Below, piece after piece: positions 41,792-50,683 of a DNA stretch of 64,000 nt (position 1 is its first letter; every line of letters begins with the position of its first letter). The stretch covers positions 9,338-73,337 of the forward strand of contig CAZECE010000141.1 of assembly GCA_964510525.1 (NCBI GenBank), written 5' to 3'. Origin of the DNA: an uncultured Pseudomonadales bacterium. Lineage in GTDB: Bacteria > Pseudomonadota > Gammaproteobacteria > Pseudomonadales > JANQJO01. The translations under genes and the position numbers were made by a program. The notes under the pieces are model-generated. The model was not told where the DNA came from. It ran no database searches and saw only the letters and a list, made by a program, of their open reading frames with translations.

Positions 41792-41827
41792 AAAACAGGC
41801 TCCATAGCACGCTATGGAGCCTGTTTT
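41792..41827 (-). terminator. Intrinsic terminator after pilA
   Basis: Perfect 16-bp inverted repeat aaaacaggctccatag-cacg-ctatggagcctgtttt. Confidence 0.9.
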
Positions 41828-41838
41828 ATTAAGAGCTA

Positions 41839-42318
41839 TTAGATTCGACAATCAGTTGGTAAATACCGATCAGGGATGGTTGTGTTATCTGTCGCAGCTC
41901 CAGCTTGATTGACTCCAGCTGCAGGAAAGGCAGCACCACCACATATCCATACAAGGTTCTGTGCAGTATTTTCAGCAGGGTAGATTGTCAAAGTAGTACC
42001 TGTTATGGCTGCGTTAGCTCTAGCACCCATGGCTACATCGATTTCACCGCTGTCACCAATATCAATTTGGGTTACATAGTTGCCATCATAACTGATAGCT
42101 GTGGCTAAACCTGCAGTGGCGTTATCATTCGGTAAGAAGCCTCGAGCGGCATAATAGTCTGAAATAGCCGTTTTGAACTCACCAGCCATCGCCATAGCTT
42201 CTGTAACTTGAGCTCGTATCGTGTAATCTTTGTATTGCGGTACAGCTACAGCAGCCAAAATGCCGATAATAGCAACAACAATCATTAATTCAATAAGCGT
42301 AAAACCTTTCTGTTTCAT
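41839..42318 (-). CDS. pilA: Type IVa major pilin
   Basis: [29 protein letters not shown] with Glu+5, and a C-terminal disulfide loop (WICG...LPTDC). Confidence 0.97.
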   Translation of the reverse strand: MKQKGFTLIELMIVVAIIGILAAVAVPQYKDYTIRAQVTEAMAMAGEFKTAISDYYAARGFLPNDNATAGLATAISYDGNYVTQIDIGDSGEIDVAMGARANAAITGTTLTIYPAENTAQNLVWICGGAAFPAAGVNQAGAATDNTTIPDRYLPTDCRI

Positions 42319-42392
42319 TAGAAATACCTCTAAGTTAATGTTAATTTTAAATCATTGACTAATTAAAGCCTGTGAAGACTCAAAGAATAACC

Positions 42393-42410
42393 AAGCAAAT
42401 AATAGACCAA
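42393..42410 (-). promoter_or_regulatory. Sigma54 (-24/-12) promoter of pilA
   Basis: Minus strand TTGGTCTATTATTTGCTT: GG-N10-GC spacing, about 75 bp upstream of the pilA ATG. pilA is typically RpoN-dependent. Confidence 0.65.
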
Positions 42411-42827
42411 AATACAATATTGTCTGAAGATCCTTATCTTATTGATGCATAATGATTATTTGTATTGGGACAACATAGCTTTGGATTTAGTGTGGATATA
42501 AATTTACAAAAATTGTCCTAAAGTTGTTTTTTTTTGCGGGTTTTGACATAGTTCTATCAAAACAGCTCAACTGTTAAATGCACTCTACCCTATTTAATCG
42601 AGGCAGTATTATTATTGCTTTTTTTTCCTCGTTAGTATGAGTTAGTTTAGGCCTAATCCGACAGATATGAGATCAAACTACCATTACAAAATCTATCAGT
42701 CTCAATTTGATATGAACCTAAAAAAATTAACGTATATATGTAAAATGATCAAATGCCCTGAATTAGTCGGGTAAAAATAGAGGGATTGCCAGGTGGCTGT
42801 AGATATTATTTTTAGGGTGTTTATTAA

Positions 42828-43976
42828 ATGAAAAGAGAATTTCTACTTTTTGCTAGCAGTACAGTTATTTGCTTACTACTAACTGGAATAGTAATCAAAA
42901 GTTTTTTTCCACAACTTGTATCTACAAATACTGATTTACAGTTAGTACAAATTGATAAAAAAGTCCCCGCTTATTTTGAACATATATTTAGGCTTTCTGA
43001 TTACAACGCTCAAAAATTTATATTACAAGATCCAATAACTCGTGTCAGGGCTGCACCTCTTTTTGATATTGGGCCGAATGCATCGATGGGTCCAAATGAT
43101 CTTTTAGGGTTTCGGAATAAATCTATCCCTAATAAGGCTGATGTTGTTTTTATTGGCGATAGTCAAACTTATGGGAATAACGCATCTATTAATGAAAATT
43201 GGCCAGCCCATTTTTTAAAGAATTCTGTTGCACATTCTTCTGGTTATTCAATGTCAGTAGGGGGTTGGGCTGCTTTACAATATTTTTATATGTCTAAATT
43301 TACAGTCGTTTTTAATCCTAAAACGGTGATAATTGCTTTTTACTCAGGAAATGATTCATTAGAAAGTTTTGGTTTAGCCTATGCTTCGGCATATTGGCAA
43401 GATTTTCGTATTGACCCTAATTTAACAAGCGATGCCATGCCAAAAGTAAATTTTCCACCAAAAGAAGAAGAAATTTGGGGGGTGAGGTTTGACGAAGGGG
43501 ATCCTATTGCTTTTACCCCTACACTCCGACTGTCTTCAAATGCAAACACCCCGGCAGCGATGACGGGTTGGAAAATCATGATGAATACTATGCAAGTATT
43601 GGATGATAGCTTAAAAGGCCTGGGTTCTAGCTTAAAAACAGATTTTTTCGTTACCGTTATTCCTACTAAAGAGTTGACTTATTCGGAACGTATTAAGCGT
43701 GATTTTGGACAAAAACAACTAATTGATCCAATATACCAAACATTAGTTGAGCGTGAGCAAGCTAACATTGAGCTGTTCCAGCAATCAATGCAGTCTTTAA
43801 CTGTGATTAAATTCATCGATGTAGTTGAACCCCTAAAAAATGCGGCCCTTTTGTCCTTAGATTTATACCCTAGAAATCCAGATGGGCATCCATTACCTGA
43901 AGGTTATCAAGTGATTGGTCGCTCTCTTGCTAGAGAAGTTTATTCATTAAAAAATCTTGAGGCTGAAACTAAATAG
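42828..43976 (+). CDS. Membrane-anchored SGNH-family protein
   Basis: N-terminal TM, GDSQTYG, GGW, YSGND and DGHP catalytic blocks. Confidence 0.8.
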   Translation: MKREFLLFASSTVICLLLTGIVIKSFFPQLVSTNTDLQLVQIDKKVPAYFEHIFRLSDYNAQKFILQDPITRVRAAPLFDIGPNASMGPNDLLGFRNKSIPNKADVVFIGDSQTYGNNASINENWPAHFLKNSVAHSSGYSMSVGGWAALQYFYMSKFTVVFNPKTVIIAFYSGNDSLESFGLAYASAYWQDFRIDPNLTSDAMPKVNFPPKEEEIWGVRFDEGDPIAFTPTLRLSSNANTPAAMTGWKIMMNTMQVLDDSLKGLGSSLKTDFFVTVIPTKELTYSERIKRDFGQKQLIDPIYQTLVEREQANIELFQQSMQSLTVIKFIDVVEPLKNAALLSLDLYPRNPDGHPLPEGYQVIGRSLAREVYSLKNLEAETK

Positions 43977-45019
43977 TGCGTTTCAAGATGGTTTCGATAA
44001 GCATACTGATTAAGAATATATTGACCTCGTGCTTATCTTTATTGCTTATAGTTGCCGTAATTGAAATTTTGCTGCAACTCATGCCATTCGTTTCCCATGC
44101 TCCTGAGACGATCTCTATTAATATGGATCAGCCTATTAAGCGCTATAAAGTGCATGATGAGTTTGTTTATGCAAAAGGTCGATTTGGAGACATTGTACAA
44201 AAACATAAAACTAATGAACTGGGTTTCAATACGCCTATCTCTTTTATAAAAGATAAACCGACTCATTGTATGATTGGAGATTCCTATGTAGAGGCGATGC
44301 AGGTAAGCTCAGATGACTCTTTTCATGGTCTATTGAATCAAAATGATGTGTCTGTTTATCCAATAGCATCCAGTGGATCGCCTTTAAGTCAATACATTGC
44401 TTATGCAAAGTGGGCTATAAGAGAATTTAATTGCCAAAAATTGTTTTTTTTCATTATTGAAAATGATTTTGATGAGAGTTTAATATCCGTTAAAAATGCA
44501 CCAGGTTTCCATTACTTTAATGAAAAAGGGCTGCTTACTTTGGTGGAGCACAAAAAGTCTCAATTAAAGGATGGTTTGAAAAACCTTGCTTTAATTAATT
44601 ACTTGCACACAAACCTCGAAATTTCTCGGCTTATTTCGCAGAATCAATCGAGTGACAACAGTTTTGATTCAGACTCTCTAGATAGAAAAGTAAAGAATTC
44701 AATTCACGCCATAGATTTTTTTTTCGAGCATCTACTAAGAATTTCTTTTTCGTTGCAGGATGTAGTTATGGTGTTGGATGGTGATAGGCACTCTATTTAT
44801 AACAATTACACTGATAGGCAAGGGTATAACGCTGTAGTTTATGATTACTTTAAGGACAAGCTAGATGCGTTAAACATCGAAAAGATCGACTTGCACCCCA
44901 TTTTTTTTCAACATTACAAAGAAAATAATAATCAGTTTAACTTTAAGACCGACTATCATTGGAATGAAGTGGGCCACGAGGTTGTCTCTAAAGCATTATT
45001 GACATCAAATCTGATGTAA
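43976..45019 (+). CDS. Membrane-anchored SGNH/AlgX-like protein
   Basis: N-terminal TM, GDSYVEA, ENDF, DYHWN. Confidence 0.8.
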   Translation: MRFKMVSISILIKNILTSCLSLLLIVAVIEILLQLMPFVSHAPETISINMDQPIKRYKVHDEFVYAKGRFGDIVQKHKTNELGFNTPISFIKDKPTHCMIGDSYVEAMQVSSDDSFHGLLNQNDVSVYPIASSGSPLSQYIAYAKWAIREFNCQKLFFFIIENDFDESLISVKNAPGFHYFNEKGLLTLVEHKKSQLKDGLKNLALINYLHTNLEISRLISQNQSSDNSFDSDSLDRKVKNSIHAIDFFFEHLLRISFSLQDVVMVLDGDRHSIYNNYTDRQGYNAVVYDYFKDKLDALNIEKIDLHPIFFQHYKENNNQFNFKTDYHWNEVGHEVVSKALLTSNLM

Positions 45020-45057
45020 TAATGATTTTAAGCTGAATGATGTACATTTATTTAAGG

Positions 45058-46893
45058 TTAATCCAATTCGTATTGGGTTTCATATCTGGTGCTTAATGCC
45101 GGGTTTTGGTCATCTTTATACATGACATGGTTACCTATAACCAATACATCTAAGCCTGTTCCCATGAAACATTTAAAGGCATCTTCAGGGGATTCAACAA
45201 TGGGCTCACCTCTAACATTAAAAGAGGTATTCACTAAAATTGGACATTCTGTCAAGTCATAAAATTTTTGCAGTAAACTATGATACATCGGGTTAGTATC
45301 TTGGTGGACTGTTTGAATACGTGCGCTGTCATCGACATGTGTGATTGCTGGAATTACAGAGTTTTTAATATTAAGTTTGTCGATACCAAACAACAGCTTC
45401 TGGTCTTCTGTGAGCGGTACTTTGTGTTGATCCAAGATTTCAGCGACTAACAGCATATAAGGGCTATCAGTAGTTAAATCAAAGTACTTGTATAAATAAT
45501 CAGCCAAGATCGAGGGCGCGAAGGGCCTAAAAGATTCTCGAAATTTTATTTTTAAGTTTAAATTTTTCTGCATGGTTTCAGATCTTGGGTCAGCCAATAT
45601 AGATCGGCCCCCTAGAGCTCGGGGTCCAAATTCCATACGCCCTTGAAACCAGCCTACGGCCTTTCCTTCTGCAAGTGCTTCAGCCGTTTTTCTGAGCATT
45701 ATCTCGTCTTCAACATAATCAAATTGAGCACCCAGTTGCTCCAGTTGCTGACGGGTGTCTGAGTCACTATATTCTGTTCCCAGATAAGCGCCTTGCATGG
45801 AATCTGGCTTCATAATGTTTCTGGGTTGTGCTTTTTCAAGGTGCCAATAAGCTAGGGCGGCTCCAACAGCTCCTCCGGCATCGCCTGCAGCGGGTTGAAC
45901 CCAAAGAGACTCAATGGGCGTATGTTTTAAAATCTTGCCATTGGCCACACAGTTTAGAGCAACGCCACCTGCCATGCAGAGGTTAGGAATTTTATATTCC
46001 TTATAAAGGTGACTAATCATCTTTATTAAAACAGTTTCAGTGACAGCTTGTACGGATGCGGCTACATCCATATGAAATTGAGAAAGCTCGGACTCTGATT
46101 CTCTAACAGGGTGATTAAATAAAGCTGAGAACCTTTTGTTGGTCATTCTTAGCCCTGTACTGTAATCAAAATAGTGTTGATTTAACCGGAATGAACCATC
46201 TGCTTTGATGTCGATTAGATTATCTAAAATTATATTTTGATAAATAGGGTTACCATAAGGGGCAAGTCCCATGACTTTGTATTCACCGCTGTTAACTTTA
46301 AACCCTAAATAATAAGTAAATGCAGAATACAAAAGCCCCAATGAATGGGGAAAATGTATTTCTTTTTCAATGGAAAGATTGTTGTTATCTCCGATGCACA
46401 GTGCCGTTGTGGTCCACTCACCCACGCCGTCAATAGTGAGAACAAGGGCTTTTTCAAAAGGTGATGGAAAAAAAGCGCTGGCAGCATGGCTAATATGGTG
46501 CTCTGAAAATCGGAGTTTTTCTTCAAAATTGATGTTTGAATCAATTTTTTTTAGAGATTCAATTAGACTTTTTTTTTGGAAGAGTTTTTCTTTGACCCAA
46601 ATAGGAATCGAGTGCGTAAAAGACTTAAAGCCAAAGGGCGCATTAGCAACGTAGGTTTCCAATAGGCGTTCAAATTTTAGAAAGGGTTTGTCATAAAATA
46701 CAATATTATCAATTTCGTTGAGTTTTAGGCTGGTTTCATCAAGTAATCGTATGATGGCATTATGAGGAAAACTAGCATCATGTTTTATTCTGGTAAACCG
46801 TTCTTCTTGTGCAGCAGCAAGAATACTTCCATCTTTAATGATGGCGGCCGCGCTATCGTGATAATAACCAGAAATTCCTAATATGATCGACAT
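45058..46893 (-). CDS. O-carbamoyltransferase (NodU/CmcH/SxtI family)
   Basis: HDSAAA, QEERFTRIKH, HHISHAASAF, EYKVMGLAPYG, GRMEFGPRALGGRS, RESFRPFAP, NTSFNVRGEPI. Confidence 0.95.
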   Translation of the reverse strand: MSIILGISGYYHDSAAAIIKDGSILAAAQEERFTRIKHDASFPHNAIIRLLDETSLKLNEIDNIVFYDKPFLKFERLLETYVANAPFGFKSFTHSIPIWVKEKLFQKKSLIESLKKIDSNINFEEKLRFSEHHISHAASAFFPSPFEKALVLTIDGVGEWTTTALCIGDNNNLSIEKEIHFPHSLGLLYSAFTYYLGFKVNSGEYKVMGLAPYGNPIYQNIILDNLIDIKADGSFRLNQHYFDYSTGLRMTNKRFSALFNHPVRESESELSQFHMDVAASVQAVTETVLIKMISHLYKEYKIPNLCMAGGVALNCVANGKILKHTPIESLWVQPAAGDAGGAVGAALAYWHLEKAQPRNIMKPDSMQGAYLGTEYSDSDTRQQLEQLGAQFDYVEDEIMLRKTAEALAEGKAVGWFQGRMEFGPRALGGRSILADPRSETMQKNLNLKIKFRESFRPFAPSILADYLYKYFDLTTDSPYMLLVAEILDQHKVPLTEDQKLLFGIDKLNIKNSVIPAITHVDDSARIQTVHQDTNPMYHSLLQKFYDLTECPILVNTSFNVRGEPIVESPEDAFKCFMGTGLDVLVIGNHVMYKDDQNPALSTRYETQYELD

Positions 46894-46925
46894 GTCTTAT
46901 GTTTCTTATATTCGTAAAACAGATT

Positions 46926-47075
46926 TTAAAATAATGTGTAAATAAATGGTGCCACTGCCGAGCCTTGAGCTAAGACAATTAAACCACCAAAAACTGAAAT
47001 CACAACAACGATAGGCATCAGCCAATATTTTTTTCGAATTTTTAAAAATTGCCAAAGCTCTTTAATAAAGGACAT
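46926..47075 (-). CDS. 49-aa membrane peptide, DUF5989/SxtK-like (absent from ORF track)
   Basis: Hand translation: MSFIKELWQFLKIRKKYWLMPIVVVISVFGGLIVLAQGSAVAPFIYTLF*. Lies between the sxtJ-like gene and the carbamoyltransferase, same strand. Confidence 0.88.
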   Translation of the reverse strand: MSFIKELWQFLKIRKKYWLMPIVVVISVFGGLIVLAQGSAVAPFIYTLF

Positions 47076-47084
47076 AATTTGACT

Positions 47085-47504
47085 CTAAAATTGATTTTTC
47101 ATGGGCTGGATCGGATGAGTGGATTTGTCTCGTGAGATCCAGTAGCTTTCTAAATTTTTATCATAATGCTGATGTATTAAGTCCCCTTTAATCAGCCTCA
47201 TTAGTAACCCGGTGGGAGTAACCACACAGAAAAAAATGAGTCCCATAATAATTGGAGAAATGATCTTGTGAAGTAACAGGCCAAATTTAAACCAATAATA
47301 ATTTGGCATTCTAAGTATTTTTGGGTAAATAACTGAGATAACAAGAATGATTGCGCCGCAACTTATAGCCCAAAGCCTAATTTGATTTGAATAAAGCAGC
47401 GGCCATAAGCCGATAATCATAAAGACTAGGGTAAAGACGATGCCAAAACTGCGTTCTGATGGCAAAGTGGTATTATTTACTGGTTCAGTACTTTTAGAAT
47501 TCAT
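47085..47504 (-). CDS. SxtJ-family membrane protein
   Basis: ERSFG, two or three TMs, WFKFG.LL...SPIIMG.IFF.V.TP.GLLMR, SYWI.R...MKNQF. Confidence 0.85.
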   Translation of the reverse strand: MNSKSTEPVNNTTLPSERSFGIVFTLVFMIIGLWPLLYSNQIRLWAISCGAIILVISVIYPKILRMPNYYWFKFGLLLHKIISPIIMGLIFFCVVTPTGLLMRLIKGDLIHQHYDKNLESYWISRDKSTHPIQPMKNQF

Positions 47505-47593
47505 AGTAAAAATAATAGCTTGTTGGATTGTTTATTACTAACTTACGTTAAGAGATTGACTAAAATGGTAGAGAGCTAGTAAAGGAATTCTTC

Positions 47594-48487
47594 ATGAGAC
47601 CATTTACAATAATAATTCCCGCTAAAAATGAAGCCAGAGGACTGACTATTTTACTGCCTCAGCTACGTAACTTGTATCCTGATGCACAAGTAATCGTAGT
47701 TAATGATGGCTCAACAGATGAAACTGAAGAAATCTGCCAGAAGAACAAGGTGGAAGTTTGTACCCACCCTTATTCTCAAGGAAATGGAGCAGCTATTAAG
47801 GCCGGTATTAGAGCGGCTAGGCATAGTACTGTTGTCTGTATGGATGCAGATTGCCAGCATCGCTCCGAAGATATTAAGTTTCTTATCGAAGGAATTGAAA
47901 AGGGCTACGACATGGTAGTCGGTGCTCGGAGTCGTTCCTCTCAAGCAGGCTCTCTTAGGGCTTTTGGTAACGGGTTTTACAATAGGCTGGCAACCTGGAT
48001 GGTTGGGCAACCGGTAAAAGATTTAACTTCTGGCTTTAGGGCGGTCAAGACTAACAAATTCAAACAATTTTTAGATTTACTGCCCAATGGTTTTTCTTAT
48101 CCTACCACCATAACCATGTCTTTTTTTCGTTCGGGTTATACCGTCAAATATCATCCCATTGTTGCACCTGAGCGGATTGGTACCAGTCATTTAAATATTT
48201 GGAAAGATGGTACGCGTTTTTTGCTGATTATTTTTAAGATTGGAACACTGTACTCACCATTAAAAATTTTCACGCCCGTCAGCTTTTTAGCTTTTGCACT
48301 GGGGTTACTTCATTATGCAAATACCTATATCACAGCTCGAACCTTTACCAATATGAGTGCTCTGTTATTTGTAACGGCTGTTTTGGTGTTTTTAATGGGG
48401 CTAATATCTGAGCAGATAGCGTCACTTCTTTATACTGTCAGCAGTAAGCAACAAAAGGTGCAAGAGCTAGAATCTGATGACCGATAA
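47594..48487 (+). CDS. GT2 polyprenol-phosphate glycosyltransferase (DPM-synthase-like)
   Basis: IIPAKNE, VNDGSTD, GNGAAIKAG, DADCQH, DLTSGFRA, two C-terminal TMs. Confidence 0.88.
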   Translation: MRPFTIIIPAKNEARGLTILLPQLRNLYPDAQVIVVNDGSTDETEEICQKNKVEVCTHPYSQGNGAAIKAGIRAARHSTVVCMDADCQHRSEDIKFLIEGIEKGYDMVVGARSRSSQAGSLRAFGNGFYNRLATWMVGQPVKDLTSGFRAVKTNKFKQFLDLLPNGFSYPTTITMSFFRSGYTVKYHPIVAPERIGTSHLNIWKDGTRFLLIIFKIGTLYSPLKIFTPVSFLAFALGLLHYANTYITARTFTNMSALLFVTAVLVFLMGLISEQIASLLYTVSSKQQKVQELESDDR

Positions 48488-49664
48488 AATCAAGATCGGT
48501 GTAATGACAACTTCGTACCCTATTGAGCCATCTTCCGTGAGTGGTGTCTTTGTAAAGCATTTATGTGATGCGCTTGAGGCGCTAGGAAAATTTGAATTAA
48601 CGATCGTTACTCCTTCATACCAAGTGGTTGAAAGAGACAATAGCAGCGTTAAGTTTGTTAGGTATGCCCCAAAAGAGCTAGAGAATATAGCCCACTCTCC
48701 CGGAGGGCTTCCTGCGGCCCTAAACCGCTCTAAATGGAATTTGGTATGGTTGATTAGTATGTTTCTAATGCTATTTTTATCAGGTTTTAATTTAGCAAAA
48801 AAAAGTGATGTATTACATGCTCATTGGAGTTTAAGTGGTGTGTTATTGGTTTTTTGGAGTTGTGTTTTTAGAAGGAAATTGGTTGTGACATTAAGAGGGC
48901 AAGACGTAAATCTTGCGAAGAAAAAAAAAGTATTTAAAATTCTTTTAGATATTGTCATTCGCTATGCAGATGTTGTTGTTTGTGTAAGTCAGAATCAAGT
49001 TGACTATTTGAGAAATTCCTATTCTTTTGCAGTTAAAAAAATAATATTAATCCCCAATGGTGTTGAGAAAGTATTTTTTGAGATTGGGTCTCGAAGAAAA
49101 AAACTGAATTTTAAAAAAAAGAAAAAAATAAAACTACTCACCTCTTCGTCATTAATTCCAATTAAAAAGAATGAGGTATTAATTCGTAGTCTGTTATTTT
49201 TAGATAAAAAGTTTGAACTGGTTTTATTAGGGGATGGCCCTGAACGTATGAATTTAGAGAGGCTAGTAGCGGAATTAAAATTACAAGATCGAGTGTTATT
49301 TACTGGACAAATGACAGGTAATGAAAAATTAAACTATTGGGAAGATGCGGATATTTTTGTGTTTGCCAGTGAAAGTGAAGGTCGGCCTAATGTTTTGTAT
49401 GAAGCTTATGCATCTAGGTTGCCTGCTGTAGTGAGTGACATACCTGGAAATCGGGAAATAATGGGTGTAGAAGCGCTTTACTTTCCAGTAGGCAATGTAG
49501 ATAAATTAGTAGAAAATATTATGACCATTGAAGAGCAAAGTGTTCAGAAAAAACAACACTTTGAACAGGACCAACTATTTAATGAATTGCTATCTTGGAG
49601 GCAGTCTGCAGAAAGGCACAGCAAATTATATTTTGATATGCTTCAGAGAAGGGTTACTGAGTAG
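48477..49664 (+). CDS. GT4 glycosyltransferase
   Basis: TTSYP, HAHW, IPNGV, GDGPE, SESEGRPNVLYEA. Confidence 0.88.
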   Translation: MTDKIKIGVMTTSYPIEPSSVSGVFVKHLCDALEALGKFELTIVTPSYQVVERDNSSVKFVRYAPKELENIAHSPGGLPAALNRSKWNLVWLISMFLMLFLSGFNLAKKSDVLHAHWSLSGVLLVFWSCVFRRKLVVTLRGQDVNLAKKKKVFKILLDIVIRYADVVVCVSQNQVDYLRNSYSFAVKKIILIPNGVEKVFFEIGSRRKKLNFKKKKKIKLLTSSSLIPIKKNEVLIRSLLFLDKKFELVLLGDGPERMNLERLVAELKLQDRVLFTGQMTGNEKLNYWEDADIFVFASESEGRPNVLYEAYASRLPAVVSDIPGNREIMGVEALYFPVGNVDKLVENIMTIEEQSVQKKQHFEQDQLFNELLSWRQSAERHSKLYFDMLQRRVTE

Positions 49665-50553
49665 CTTGTTTCTTCTTAAAAAGAAACTCATTACAGCCTA
49701 GCCCTCCAGACATTGTTTTCATTTTTATTAATTCGAATTGATGCTGATGGAAAATATCAAAAATATCTTCCGGTTTGGCAACTTCGAAAGGATAACCTCC
49801 GACCCAGTCGATCCAGTCATATATTTTTGACATACCTCTTTCCTGAATACTTTTTTTATAGCGAATTTTTGGGTTTTTAAGCATGACAATGTCTCTTACA
49901 AACCCCTTAACTACTTGTGAGGCAATATAGATGGCTAGAATTAGAGCGCTCAGTATTTTAGGTGATCGGATATAGGCTTGTTTCATAATTTTATAGAGCT
50001 TTGACCAGTAGGGTTGGTAGTTATATATTGAAATATAAAGTAGGCCACCTTCTTTGACTAAAGGCATTACATTAATAAGTGCTTTTTTCATGTCTCCAGT
50101 ATGGTGTAAAACTCCCCATGAATAGACTATATCAAATGAGCCTAGGCTAGAAATATACGTTTCATCTAGAGCACTACCACTTTCAATTTGCCAACATTCA
50201 TCATCTGAAAAGTATCTGTTTTTTAGACCTAGAGTGCAGTTGACTGATTCAGGGTCGTAGTCAAATGAAAAGACTTTTGCACCAAGTTGGCGTGCTACCA
50301 GGCTAGAAAGGCCACTGCCACAGCCAACATCTATAAAGGTGAATCCTGATAGAGACTCTTTTCCTAAAAAAAATTTGAGATATGACTTGGCGTTATCAAT
50401 TTGCTGCTCATTTAAATTTGTTAGAAATTGAGACCAGTTTTTTCCAAATTTAAAACGACTATTATTGTCGATCTCGTTTTTAAATGATGTTACATAAACA
50501 TTACTGCCGCGATGACTTTCGGTATTATTTGAAGATTGATAATGATTTGACAT
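49654..50553 (-). CDS. Class I SAM-dependent methyltransferase
   Basis: RFKFGKNW, IDVGCGSG, YSWGVLHHTG, DWIDWVGGYPFE. Start uncertain (50553 or 50607). Confidence 0.85.
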   Translation of the reverse strand: MSNHYQSSNNTESHRGSNVYVTSFKNEIDNNSRFKFGKNWSQFLTNLNEQQIDNAKSYLKFFLGKESLSGFTFIDVGCGSGLSSLVARQLGAKVFSFDYDPESVNCTLGLKNRYFSDDECWQIESGSALDETYISSLGSFDIVYSWGVLHHTGDMKKALINVMPLVKEGGLLYISIYNYQPYWSKLYKIMKQAYIRSPKILSALILAIYIASQVVKGFVRDIVMLKNPKIRYKKSIQERGMSKIYDWIDWVGGYPFEVAKPEDIFDIFHQHQFELIKMKTMSGGLGCNEFLFKKKQATQ

Positions 50554-50683
50554 ACAAATTAGTATTTGGCGATTAAAGATCTTTGTTAATGAAGCAATAC
50601 AAGTCATAGATAAAAATTTACTATATTAATTAAGCAAATATTGATTTGGATTTCAATAGCTATGGAATAAAGAAGCATTATTT

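Noticed and set aside
42319-42827. tRNA or integration site beside pilA (also checked next to yccA and sthA)
   Set aside because: No cloverleaf, T-loop consensus or flanking direct repeats were recognisable. No integrase or transposase is in the window, so the island is not called a mobile element.
45058-47504. Saxitoxin biosynthesis cluster
   Set aside because: Only sxtI/J/K-like genes are present. No sxtA, sxtG, sxtB or other core genes are visible, and the context is glycan modification.
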